A stretch of DNA of 64,000 nt from Octopus bimaculoides (lineage: Eukaryota): the NCBI RefSeq assembly GCF_001194135.2, contig NC_068983.1:103253840-103317839 (forward strand). The letters run 5' to 3'. This document shows, in pieces, positions 1-12,629 of the stretch (its first letter is position 1; each line of letters opens with the position of its first letter). Both the position numbers and the translations under genes were made by a program. The notes under the pieces were generated by a model. The model had not been told where the DNA came from. It saw only the letters and a program-made list of their open reading frames with translations, and searched no databases.

Positions 1-859
1 AATGAGATGCATTGAGACACATCCAACTCAAGCCAGCTTGGAAAATAGATAATTAAAATGATGATGATGATGATGGTGGCAGGGAAGAGGGGGATATCAC
101 AAACACATCCTGTAAATATCTGCTAGAAATATAAAATCATACAGGCACAAAATAAATTTCTGTCTTTTTTAAAGGTTTGCAGATATTTTCAGCAATAAAG
201 CCTAAAATGGTTTTCTAATTGTTTCTGCTTGCTATCTTAACTTTAAAGACTTCTTCCAATTGATTCTGTACACATTCCCTTTTTCTTTATTTCAAATGCT
301 TAGGAGTAAATTCATCTTGTTAACTATCTGATGAAAAACATCATTGTGATTTTTGTTTTTGGCATGGGTACCCTTCCTAGCACCAACTGCTTTTTCACAT
401 GGCATTAGCACTATAAAGAAGATTAAAGTTCTTACTGGAGTTAACATATTAGGGAAGGGAGGGAATTGGAGCAAAGTGTAATGTCAATATTTTTTATAAG
501 AATCAGCTGCAGCATTTTATCATGTTTGAGTCTTTGACGTTAGATGAAAGGACAGAATTCTTTGGCACAGAAATTTTTAATGAAAATCCAGCCTTGAGAA
601 AAAAAAAAAAAATTACAACTCACATACCCTATATTTTACCCAATCAACTATCAATGCTATAAGAGCTTTCACAATAAAGTAAAACAAAACATCAACTGAA
701 ACTGTGAAATCCACCTGGTAGTGTAGTGAAAAAAATCACATAGGTATTTTATACTACCTTCGTCAGATCATAACAATAGTTTTTGAATATAGGCACAAAG
801 TCACACATTTTATGGGAGGGTAGTAATCAGCTCCATAACTTGACTGATACTTAAGTATC

Positions 860-1290
860 ACAGTCTTCCTGTGTGAGAAATGCATATGCTGCATTGTAGC
901 AAATAACAGATATTGAATGCAAAAGCTGCGAAGAAATGAGGTGAGCATGTTCTGCTGGATAAGTTTTGATAGTTGTTACTTTGATGGCGTAACAACAGAA
1001 CACAACGAGCTGAGGCAGCAACTGGATGTCAGAGGAATCAGATGTAGTGCACAATGGAAATCACCATGGTATGGACATGTGATGTGTATGGTGGATGGTA
1101 ACTGGGTTAAGAAGTGTCAAGCAATCCAAGTGGAAGGAACCCATGAAAGAAAATAGAGGAAGACATAGGAAAGAAGTGACAAACACTGATCTGAACAGAT
1201 TGAACATCATGAAGGAGATGATCAAGACAAATGGCAAGATACTGAACACGAAAAGACACATCTAACTCATGCAGGCATGAGAAAAAAGAG
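860..1290 (+). mobile_element. 5'-truncated, degenerate RTE-clade LINE 3' end
   Basis: Translation ELRQQLDVRGIRC...WYGHVMCMVDGNWVKKCQAIQVEG resembles the RTE ORF2 C-terminus (RLRWYGHV motif). Ends with the family tail tctaactcatgcaggcatgagaaaa. Confidence 0.75.
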
Positions 1291-1460
1291 ATTGATAAGA
1301 ACCTTCTCCCATAAAATAAAAATCTAAAGAAATTGAATATTGATAACACACACACGGGTGAATGATCAATTGGTAGCAGACTGGATATATAATAATATTT
1401 GGTTAATTCCTCATCCATTCTGAGTTCAAATCTTGACCAGGTACATTGCAACTCTCATCT

Positions 1461-1818
1461 TTGCTTCCCAACCACATGGTTCCGAGTTCAGTCCCACTGT
1501 GTAGCATCCTGGATAAGTGTTTTCTGCTATAGCCTCTGGCCGACCAAAGCTTTGTGAGTGGATTTAGTAGACGGAAACTGAAAGAAGCCCGTCGTATATA
1601 TATATATTTGTGTGTGTCTGTGTTTGTCCCCCCCCCCACCATCGATTGACAACCGATGTTGGTGTGTTTACACCCTCGTAACTTAGCGGTTCGGCAAAAG
1701 AGAGACCGATAGAATAAGCACTATGCTTATAAAGAATAAGTCCTGGGGTCGATTTGTTCAGCTAAAGACGGTGCTCCAGCATGGCGACAGTCAAATGATT
1801 GAAACAAGAAAAAGAATA
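1461..1818 (+). mobile_element. tRNA-derived SINE family A (head partly truncated)
   Basis: Near-identical to copies at 19500-19955 (-), 56238-56640 (+) and 61365-61755 (-): B-box-like ggttcagtccc, ccgaccaaagc-ttgtgagtggattt, internal microsatellite, tail cagcatggccgcagtcaaatgactgaaacaagtaaaaga. Confidence 0.85.
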
Positions 1819-1824
1819 CTAGAA

Positions 1825-2039
1825 CAGTGGTCAAAGTTTGTGGTCAAAGTTTATGAGTAATAAACTGATTATACTTCAACAATGCACAAAATATTAAAAA
1901 AATATATAATTCCTAACAATATTTAATTATAAAAATATAATGGGAATTTTTAAAACATCAAATGGCTATAGGGGCCCAATAGAATGAAATAGGAATCAAA
2001 GGACTTTCATAGGTAAAAAATGTTTGAGGACCACCACTC
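1825..2039. mobile_element. Possible degraded hAT-type MITE
   Basis: Starts cagtggtc and ends tttgaggaccaccact; contains a 13-bp tandem duplication (gtggtcaaagttt x2). No clear TSD. Confidence 0.35.
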
Positions 2040-2098
2040 TTGAATGTGGTACCAAATCGGTCCAATAAACTCACAAGGGATAAACATTGTTTTGAAAT

Positions 2099-2394
2099 AT
2101 TTCGTTTTTGGATTTGGTTTGCCAGATTTTTTTTGTGATTTCATGTGTTGAAAGCATATTCTGTTGTGTCTGGGGAGAGTCATTTTCTTATTGTGACTTA
2201 AAATTTAACACACTCACCGTTGAAATTTCCACTTATTTCTTATTTTTGAACGGACAGAGTCAAGACTATTGAAAAGGTTGCAAGAGGCAACGAAAATTTT
2301 AGGAAAATAAAAATAAGAAATAAGTGAAAATTTTAACGGTGAGTGTATTAAATTTTAAGGCACAATAAGAAAATGACTCTCCCCAGACAACAGA
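2099..2394 (+). mobile_element. Fold-back element, probably Penelope-like pseudo-LTR inversion, with 13-bp TSD
   Basis: About 90-bp inverted arms (2158-2247 vs 2308-2396); direct repeat attgttttgaaat at 2086-2098 and 2395-2407; hammerhead-like motif in the spacer. Confidence 0.7.
2266..2302 (+). ncRNA. Minimal type I hammerhead ribozyme motif, U3-A8 core variant
   Basis: CTA-TTGAAAA-G-GTTGC-AAGAG-GCAAC-GAAA-ATT-T-TAG: stem I CTA/TAG, perfect 5-bp stem II, GAAA core, palindromic AATT stem III. Confidence 0.62.
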
Positions 2395-5300
2395 ATTGTT
2401 TTGAAATTAACAAACATTTAGAGGGCCAAATAATTATTTAGAAATTATATGTTCTTTATTTAATATTTCTGTCTGTCACGAATCAATTTTCTTTTCAACA
2501 CTTGTATTTCCTTGTAAACAAATCGACAGGCATGCGAGTAAGGTCCTTCACATTAGCGTGCGCGGAAGGAATGACACACACATACACTTTATGAAATGAA
2601 CAATATCTAAGCATCAATATCTCCACATCTGTTTACATGTTGCAACAGTCTTCGCTTTGTAGCAAATAAAGAACAAAGATTTCAAAATATACACAATGAA
2701 TAAAATAAAAACGAAAATTATTGTAAAATCAGCACACACACCAACCCCAACAAACAAAAAAAGCTCCAAACAAACTTCGATAAAAATAGGTGTGAGTACG
2801 CGGATTTGTATATAGATACACAGACACAGCCGCCGCCACCGCCACCATCATCTCACTCGAAGTAATAAAACATTGAGTTAGGGGGAAGTACTGAAGGTTT
2901 GAAAGTAGAAAAAGAAAAAGGAAGGTGGTCTGAGCTAGTAAGCTTTATGTTTCACTGACTGTCAAACTGGAGAAATATTAAGAGATAGGCAGATCAGTCT
3001 TAACCACTGACTTTTGAGGCTGTGATTGGTTGAAAATCAGGTACTGAAATTGTCATTGGTTAAGAACTAGTATAAATTCTGAGCAATGTTAATGTTACTA
3101 CTGGCTGTTAGTACTACAAGAATTTCCTGTACCTGTTGAGAATAACATTCAGATAGAAACTAACCTAGGCCAGTGCTACCACAGGCAGAGGTTAGCTATA
3201 AATACTAAGTTATAAATATTTTTTTTTTAGAACAAGGTTAAGATTGTATATTTCTTTTCTCATGCACATGCCACTGATAAAAAAGGTGGGAGGAAAAACG
3301 AACAAAAACAAAAACGTTTTTTTGTTTTGTTTTGTATAAAATAAGAGAAGCAAAACAAAAGGGAAAAAAGTTTCTTTAAAATAAGAACAAAAGATGTCGG
3401 TAGAACATCAAAGATAGAAAACGGAATGTGCAAAAACACAGAACGTGTTTGTTACTGTTGTTTTATTATTTAGTCCTGATATTCAAGAAGTGCACGAGTT
3501 ATCAAGGCATTATTTTGTGCATCAATATTAATAGACTAGAATCTATATTATTAAAATGAGAAGTACGTTCTAGAATATAATTTAACAGATAAAACAAATA
3601 GTATTGATTTCTAACGTAGGCACAAAGTCTTTCAACTTTGAAGGAAATGAACCATAATCGTGGGTGAGTCAGACTTACCCAACAAGTATGGTTAAACTAA
3701 CGTCTAACTGCTCAAAAACTTTTGGTATGAGTAAATAATTTTGTTTATCAACACACAATTATAACAGACTACATTTCTAACTTAGGTTTGTATTCGATAC
3801 TTTGCGTTTAGCATGTAAACAGACACACATAGACAAAGAGACGCGCGCGCTATAATTCCTGTTGTAACTAGGAGGAATGTTATGTCATACACACGTACTA
3901 TCAAGGTGCCAGCCAAAATATTTCACTGAGCAAAAGATTTTTCTTTGTACGAATAACTAAATTTAGGGTAATTAATGCAATCAGTATCATCCCCAGACAC
4001 ATAAACACTTCAAAGTTACGTGATTTAAGTGATAATTGGGAGGAAGACCACCCCCAACAAAACAATGAAATGTGGTAGCTACAAAAAGGAATTTAGCCAA
4101 GATACACAAAATGCTGCTTAACTATTATGAAGATAGATTGATAAAGCTGACAAAAATCAATGGTAATGGCATAGCATCCATCAAAATATCTACAATAAAC
4201 TAGCTGATGCTAAATATGCATCCTTCTTCATTCTTTAAATATCCACCAATAAAGTGGAGTGTTTCCAAAATATTCCACGAACATTACGCCTGGATAGTAG
4301 GGGGAGTACTCGAAATATTCCATAGTTCTTGTAATTATCATATAAGAATACATACATATAATATGATAATTCAGGTTATTAATGGCCACGTGTGATTCAA
4401 ATTATAAATGTGAGAAATGCCACTGTTACATTCTAAGCTTTCTTTGACTACATACAATATTATCTATACAGCATCATCTCAGAACCTTATAGTCTTATAC
4501 TGGCACAAAGCTACACTTTATCTTTTCATAGGGACCAAAAGTAAATTAAATTAATCTCAGTTAAGTTACACGAAATTAAAATGAACTGAACTTATATTAG
4601 TCATATGACGCAGTTGATATTATGGAATAAACAATGTTACAAGTAAATACAATTATATTAATTGGTGAATTTAATTAAGGCTAACAGTGGAGTTTTACTT
4701 TACGATTGCCGACATTTATACCGTACAATAAGCTAATCACAGATAGGAAGTGTTTTAATAACGGCATATAAAGAGATATGTGTATCACTACAGAGCTGTT
4801 TTCCTACATAAATGTTTGTTTTTTTTTGATAATACAAAAGGCAAAATTTTACAGGGAACAAGAACAGCTAAATGACCTCAATATATTACTGGTAAATAAT
4901 CTCAGTCGTACAAGAATTTAGAGAGAAAGAGAGAGAGAGAAATGACAACAATCTTGTCAGGCTTAATTTTAAGAAATTATACCCTGGCATTCTAATATTT
5001 CTACCAACTTATTACTGTCAGAAAAGAATTGTTGTTATTGGAACAAGCAGTGGATCATCTTTCCACCACAAACTATTCCAAATGTGAAAAGTGATAGCGT
5101 CATTAAGTGAGGCAAGTGGAGTAATGTGCCTTGATTTGGAACTGGCACAGTACCATGCCTGTTATAAGGTTTCAGTTAATAATCCTATCTTCACAGACAT
5201 TGCAATGTTCATTGTATGAAATGCCAATTCTATTTTAGAAAAATGATTATCAAAAGAAATACAAAGTAATTCACTTATTTCTGTTCTAAGCTGAAGAAAT

Positions 5301-6185
5301 GGCCACACTCCTCTACGCATAAATTTGTTTTATAGCTGAAATATTACAGCAATAACATCGAAACAAGAATACTGAATATTTAATGATGCAATTACACGGG
5401 GAATAAATAAATTGACAAATAATAAAAAGAAAAAATCCCATTAACGAAAAGCCTACTTTAAGAAGTTCGTAGTTATTCCCCTTCCATCAGTTAATGCTAT
5501 ACACAATTATTTCCCTTGAGCAAAGTGGGTCGTTTCGGCCCACATTTGTAATTATTGATACATACAAAATTATATGCCTACACAAATCGCTGATAGAGAC
5601 AGGGGCAAGTTCCATAATTTATTTTAAAGACTATAATTAGTATAAACTTAACAATAACTTGTCAAAATGACAGGGAAATTAGGATAGTATAGTTAAGAAG
5701 TAGTCAACGAATAAAGTTTAAAAAAATGTTCATATTTCATTCTACCCAGCATGCAATGTTAATCATGTCAGGTGCATTCAAAACCTGTTGTGTCTTATTT
5801 CGTTACTTGAATTTATCATCATCATCATTATTACTATTGTTATTATTAGATAAAAACTCGAGGATCTGACAGGAGCCATAAGAAAAATAAGCAATTGATG
5901 CACACTGGTCTTACTCTCTTGAGATTCATTGCAACCCTTTGATAGAGCATTTACAAATTATTTGAAAGTATCTTGATAGCAAAACAAGAAGCACAGATGT
6001 TCCATAAATANNNNNNNNNNATAAGTGAAATGTCAAAGCAAAAGAATGCTGATTGTTAAACAGTTTTTTTTAAAAAATATACAAATTTAATTTTTAAGAT
6101 AAATTTTTGTGACGAAGTGAATATGCTGAAGTATTAATTAGCATACCTAAAAGGTTAAACAATAGGTCTCTAGACAGTTTCTTAA

Positions 6186-6399
6186 CCCTTTAGCATTCAA
6201 ACTGGCTATATCCAACCCAAATATTCTGTTTTTTGTTCAAACTGGTCAGGTTCAGCCTCTCACACCTGCCCTTCACTGTCATTCTAAAAATAAACAATCA
6301 TGTCATTGGAATTTCAAAACCATGGGATAATTCATGATTAATTCAAAGCAATGTGGATAAATAAGCATTACATTTGACAATAATTTGAATGCTAAAGGG
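6186..6399. mobile_element. piggyBac-type MITE
   Basis: TTAA + CCCTTTAGCATTCAAA ... TTTGAATGCTAAAGGG + TTTTAA. Further copies at 22970-23875, 29868-30082, 49152-49366 and 52704-52841. Confidence 0.85.
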
Positions 6400-9300
6400 T
6401 TTTAAGCTAATTAGACATGATAAAGTTAGCCAGTCTGGTAGGAAGATTGTTTTTTTTTTTAACAACCTCTTAGCTCCAGCAACTCTTTTTCCATTTCTAC
6501 TGCTTTCAACTTGCATATTCCAACCTAAACTCAATCAAAACAAAGTACTTGAGATATTTTTGATGTACCTTTCCTCCTGTATCACACTGAGCTATCAGAA
6601 CAGCTACTTTCAAATTTACTGTTCTTTCACTCATCACCAAACTTTATTTCTTTAAAAATAAACCTGAGTCAAATGCAACATTACAACTTTGTGAAAGGGT
6701 TTCACAATTTATGGGTTATTCTGCCTAATCTTGGAAATCCACAGTATTCTGTTCACATCACTATAAGCATTACACTATAACTTGGGACAAATCATCTCAA
6801 AGTTTGTACATTAATTAGAAATATATATATTGCATTCATCATTATGTTAATATAAATTACACCTATTCTATTGCAGGTGTATATGTATGTTATATTTATG
6901 TATGATGTAAACAAACAAGTAATCTTTTAAGTGATAGTTGAACAAGACATATAATGAGGTGTACCTAAACCACTCCTGGTTCTGAATGCAAATCTTACCA
7001 AAGGTGAAAGCACCATTAATATATTCAATTATTTCTATCTTTTGAATTTTATAAAGAAAGAAAAAAAAACGGTTGGAGGAGGAGAATCAAAGTAATTATT
7101 TGTGATAAAGGCAAGTTTGAAATGTTTCTAATGAGTGTCCTGCTCCACTCCTCTATGTACATACCTGTAAGGTTTACTTAACAGTTGGTACATACTGAAG
7201 GACTATGCATCTGCGTTATAAAAACATAAGAGTTCATGGTAGAGTTTCCAAACCACACCACTCATGTTTGGATGGTGGGACGGTAGTTTATTTCATGTAT
7301 CAATATTTATCAAGTGTCAAGAAACAGTCTTTGACTCCTTACAAAACAGGTCCGAGATGTTCCTCTTAAAACCTGTCTCAGTTTCAACTGTGTAGCAATG
7401 AACAATGAAGTAAACGAATTTACAGAGGCTTTTAAAGTCAGAAAACAGAATCTAGTATTAATATGAACAAGAAAGGAACAACTCAATAGAAGTAGCTATT
7501 AATTCATGAACAATGAAGTCAATACCTTTTACATTTTGATGCATAAAAACACACACACATTTACTAATTTAGAAACATTTATTCATGAATTCTACTGTTA
7601 TTTCATATAAAAGGTTTCGGCTTTCATTAAGAAGCTATTGAACAGTTGAGTATCAGAATGGCTTGTATTTAAAACATTCCAGTTGGTTGATGTACAACCA
7701 AACACAATTGTTAAGTACAATATGCAAATAAAGTGGTTACAGTTTGCAAATTGCCATGAGGAAAGAAAATTTAATGACAGAATTAAATTAAAGGCATACA
7801 TAGATGTAAACCAATGAGTAATTCTTTACTTGACTCACTTGAAATAGCAACCTAATTTTTCAAACAGTACTCAACCCACTTTAATAAATAAATGAAGAAA
7901 TAAATGCTTAACCAGGGTTGATTTTGGGCTAAACAACTGAAATTAGGTATTGACCCACATGTTACAATGACATTTTTAATATTGCATTATACCAGATATA
8001 TTTTAGGGCAATGATTTTACTGATGCAAAGTAACCTAAATATGATGTCTGAGAAGATATGAAGGTTAATGTTCACTCAAAGTAATGAATGATAACTACAT
8101 AACTTATTTAACATTACCATAAACGTGATTGGAACCATAAAAATATGAGAAATCTTTTGGATTTGAAACTATTTAAAATTACTATTAGGATTATGGCGAT
8201 TCTATTGAAATGGCAAATATTATAATATTGCCATTAAATCTCTAAGCTTATGCTAAGTTTATAGATGTTTATCAATCAGATTTTAAATACCTGAGATGAG
8301 TGTTTGGCAAATCAACAGGTTAAAAGAATTAAAACATTTTCTAACATGTTGTTGTGAAACCCCAGTTATAAACTACATTCATAAACTGTAAAGTTCTAGG
8401 TAAGAAAATCAAGAATGATATAAACATCATTAATAAATACACAAGAAGAATGCTTCCTATTCAGGAACAATTGCAAGATTGCAGGCCTAAGATTTCAGCC
8501 TATATTTACCCATATTAAAGACTGTAATTGGTATTTGTGTTCCCTAGCATCAAAACTACAAAACTGTTCCAAGCATGAAATCTGAAATGGTCTGTGCATT
8601 TATAACAAAGACTTAATATCCTAAAACATCTTACTCATATTTCAGAGACTATAAGCATCTAGTCCTTTGATGCTTTAAATGCTTGAAAAACAATTGAAAC
8701 AACTCACTAAAACTTTTAAAATACACAATTCAGTTTAAACTAATTAAATTTTGGGGAATCTCTAAGTTTTCGTAACAGAAGCTAAAATATTACCAAGATG
8801 TTTTTAAGTAACAAAATGATTGCAAAATAAATTTCTAGTAAGTTACATTAACAACTATTCACAAAGTTAATTTACTGGAAATATTAAAATTTTCCTTTTA
8901 TCAATCTATATTTAAGTGTAAGGTAGCTATCTTTAGGTTTTGTAGGCAGACAATTTTAAGATAACCCAGTTAATTCACAGAAACAACAGAGCTTCATGGC
9001 AGACAATATGAATCTGTAGAGACAATCAAATAGAAAATAATTGATAAAACACATCACTATGTAAACACTAAAGTGTATGAAACTAAGCTAACATACAAGC
9101 TTCTACAGCCAAATTTCCTTAACAAACTTTCTATCTTAAAATGGCAATGATATCCTATAAGTCTTAAATGTCAGGACAGTATGTATTATATCAAACATAA
9201 TAATGGTTATAGCAAACAACTTCAATTGAATGATGAAGTTAGACTGAAATCAATAGACTAGAGATATGTGCAGAACTTTTCAATCCGGAAAGCAGAAAGT

Positions 9301-9690
9301 TTCAAACTTAACAAGTGATGTTAGGATAGAAATAATCTACTAAAAGATAATGACACTCTATGCAAATTTACAACCTCAAGACAATCAGATGTCTACATGA
9401 AATCAAGGTGTGTGTCACATATTATTTTAAACATTCAGATTGCCATGAGCTACAATAAGATTTATTAATAATGTGATCCATTTGAAAAACTGGCTTTATT
9501 CTAAGCATATCTTTATCCTCCTCAAAACTCCTGTTAAAATAATTTTGTTAGTTCAAGTCTTCACAACTTCACTTTACTTCTTGATGGATTGCATTTATAA
9601 TAACTCTCTCTCTCTCTCTCTCTACTGCTGCACGCAGACATATGCGCTGAAAGAAAGAAAATTTTAGGCAATGGTTTATTGTAAACATAC

Positions 9691-9832
9691 CTTCTCTTGA
9701 CATTCCAACTGCAAAACATTTCTTAAGGCGACAATACTGACAGCTATTTCTTGTGAATGGAGTGATCTCACATTTCTCTTCATTAGCACATTTGTGGGAC
9801 ATCCCTTGTGTTATACAGCGCCGGAAGAATCC
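9691..9832 (-). CDS. Nuclear receptor exon: recognition helix, second zinc finger (D-box) and start of T-box
   Basis: Acceptor ttttgtctgtctttag|GGA TTC TTC CGG CGC; 142 nt translate to GFFRRCITQGMSHKCANEEKCEITPFTRNSCQYCRLKKCFAVGMSRE plus 1 nt; donor GAAG|GTATGT. Joins the 26483 exon in frame to give CEGCKGFFRR. Confidence 0.96.
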
Positions 9833-12394
9833 CTAAAGACAGACAAAAATGAAAAAAAATGTAGCAAATCAAAGAAGAAATGTATCGATTTTTAAAAATT
9901 AAGATCATCATAAATGAAACAATGTCCTAAACAAAACTATCAGCCATAAGTCTATAGCTGTACAGAAGGCATGATTCAGTTAAACCATCATAGATATATT
10001 TAATGCAAATTTAAAAGCTAACTCGAAATAATTACCCAATGAGGAGAAAAACAATAGCAGACTATTTTAGTTATGATAGAAATCAGTATTTAATTCAAAT
10101 TTAATTATAACTTCAATTATTTCAGCAAGCACAACAAAAAATTTGGACATGTTCTACCTTATTACAACCACATCAACAATGCATATTTGCCAAAGTAGTT
10201 CAGCGAGAATGTACATAAGCAAATGTATAAGAATATATACACTGGTTCACATAGTAAAATAGAACTGTTTTTACATATCTATATTATTATTAAAATAATT
10301 TTCCTGTCTGTCTGTGTTATTTTTACACCTTAGAAACCATATGGAGCACATGTATTTGTGTGTTTATTTGCAAGTGTGTGTGTGTGTTGTGTGCACACGC
10401 ATGCTTGTCTGCACTGATTGATCATTGTCTTTTTTGGTCTTCTATCTATCACTCTTTCTGACATGACACTCAAACTATATATCTCTCTCAGTATCTCTCA
10501 ATAGCGTCCATATTCAACTGCTTTTCAAATGTACCTACCGAGAGAGTAAATTGTCTTTTGTTCTTTTTTACACACATACACATTCATAACTATATACGTA
10601 AACACAGCTATATTTATATACATACACAAACTTTATATGTACATATATTTACACAAACATATATAAATACACACACACACACAAAGGAGACTGACAGAAT
10701 ATGATAGAAATAAACAAATAGAGTACAAAAGGAGAGGAAGAGAGAGGGAGAGAAATTGGTAGACTGTTAAAGAAAGAGTAATACAGAATAAGACAACCTA
10801 GTTCCATAATCCCTAATATACATAAAGAGAGATGGTCATGAAGGCTTCCATCAAAAATTTATCAAATCAGAACAGACCTGAAACCAAACAACAAATATGT
10901 TTCTAGCCAATGAGGAATCCTCTACAGCCATGATTCTCAATCCTTTCTCTATCATTTACTCCTGCAGATTATTTTACCATTTACTCCTTTCTTCCCATGA
11001 AACATACACTAAATAATTTCTCTCTATATGAGTTGCATCATGATAGCTCTAGGTCTGATCCTACAGCATAACATTTGGGACAAGTACATATATATATGTA
11101 TGTAAAAATGCATACATAGCATTTGTTATAGTTTTGTTACACACAAACAATGTATGTACACATTTACTACACATGTATCTATCACCAAATGGCATATATA
11201 CTGCAGTATTCATATATATATATATATTCCACAAACACAAATCCTGCAGATTTTGACTTCTAGACAGAAGAGTCATGGTTGGAATGCTTATGATCATATG
11301 TTTGCTCCATCAGGATTGACCTAGGGATCAACAACATTCCATTTAAGATTAACGCATTAAAACCCTCTTGTGTTGGTTGCAGAAGCAATGAAATTTTCCT
11401 GTAATGAACTTTTTTTTTCTTCAACCATTCCAGGGTTGTTGTTTATTTTAAGGTCAGTCCTGATGAAATGGATCTTTGATCAAAGGTATTCCATCCATAA
11501 TCATTTTTATAGGTACACACATCTATATTATCTAAAGTGCCCTCTCTTTAGTAAAGATGGCAGGATGCAATTCGAAGGAGATTTTTGGTTGCTATTTCTA
11601 TTAAACAGAGAATCCCTTACTGACATGACCCTGGTGTGGTCGGTCATGCACTAAGTAACAATCATGCAATGGGATTAATTAAATCATTTAAATCCCACCT
11701 TCATCCCATTTTCAATCTGTGATCCAGTACTAATTCAAGCAATCAATTTTATTACATTAAAATGGTTAGTGGTGTTCTTTAGTAAGAGAATTTATGTCCT
11801 AACTAGCCTTTATTGGAAAGATAACAGAAGGATAAAAAGTAGACACCACTAATTAACATATCTCAGACATTAAACTAGACTCTCCAATAATACATTCAGC
11901 TCATAAATTCTCTCCACTATTTCGGTTCTCAAAAAAAAAACGAAAAAGAAAAAAGATAATAACTGCTTTATGTACTCAATAAGGTTAACTTCCTGGACAA
12001 CTGACTAGATGGACATTAGTACTAGCTTTACAACAGTGATAATGTTGTGATCCTGACAAAGCACATACCATATTTTAACATGTATAAAGAACCCATATTT
12101 GTCGAAAATTAGGTTAAAAATATATGGGAGTTTCTTAAACATGGATAGTATTATAATCCCTTACAAAACCTTTTTTCCAAATTTTAAGCCCCAAAACTTA
12201 AGAGGTTCCTTATACATGTTAAAATACGGTAATTTAACTGTTCCAAGTTTGCCTATCTGGTAAATGAAGTTCTGCTCCAACTTCACAGTAAAAGCAACTG
12301 CTCTAAGAAATAAACTATCAGATACATGTAAGCATGCCAATATATGTAAATAAAAAACAAAAATTAAATAAACATATATAATCATTGTTTCAAA

Positions 12395-12615
12395 TTTTGG
12401 CACAATGCCAGTAATTTTAATAGAAAAGGGGATTTAATTGATTACATTGACCCCAGTACTTGACTGGTGTTTATTTTATCGGTCCTGTAAAAGGATGAAA
12501 GGCAGAGTTAACCTTGGTGGAATATGAACTCAGAACATAATTCAGAAGACATACTACAAAGAATTTTTTTTTTTTACTAATGCTCAAACAATTCTGCCAG
12601 CTTCTTGCCTTAAAT
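12395..12615 (-). mobile_element. tRNA-derived SINE family D
   Basis: Reverse complement of the family consensus seen at 26021-26240 and 43601-43820 (gagttcaaattcc B-box; gactttgcctttcatcc...gataaaataagtaccag). Confidence 0.75.
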
Positions 12616-12629
12616 GAATAAATAAATAA

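Noticed and set aside
2829-2850. Kozak-like GCCGCCACC sequence
   Set aside because: Followed by ATC rather than ATG; looks like a short (GCC/ACC) repeat.
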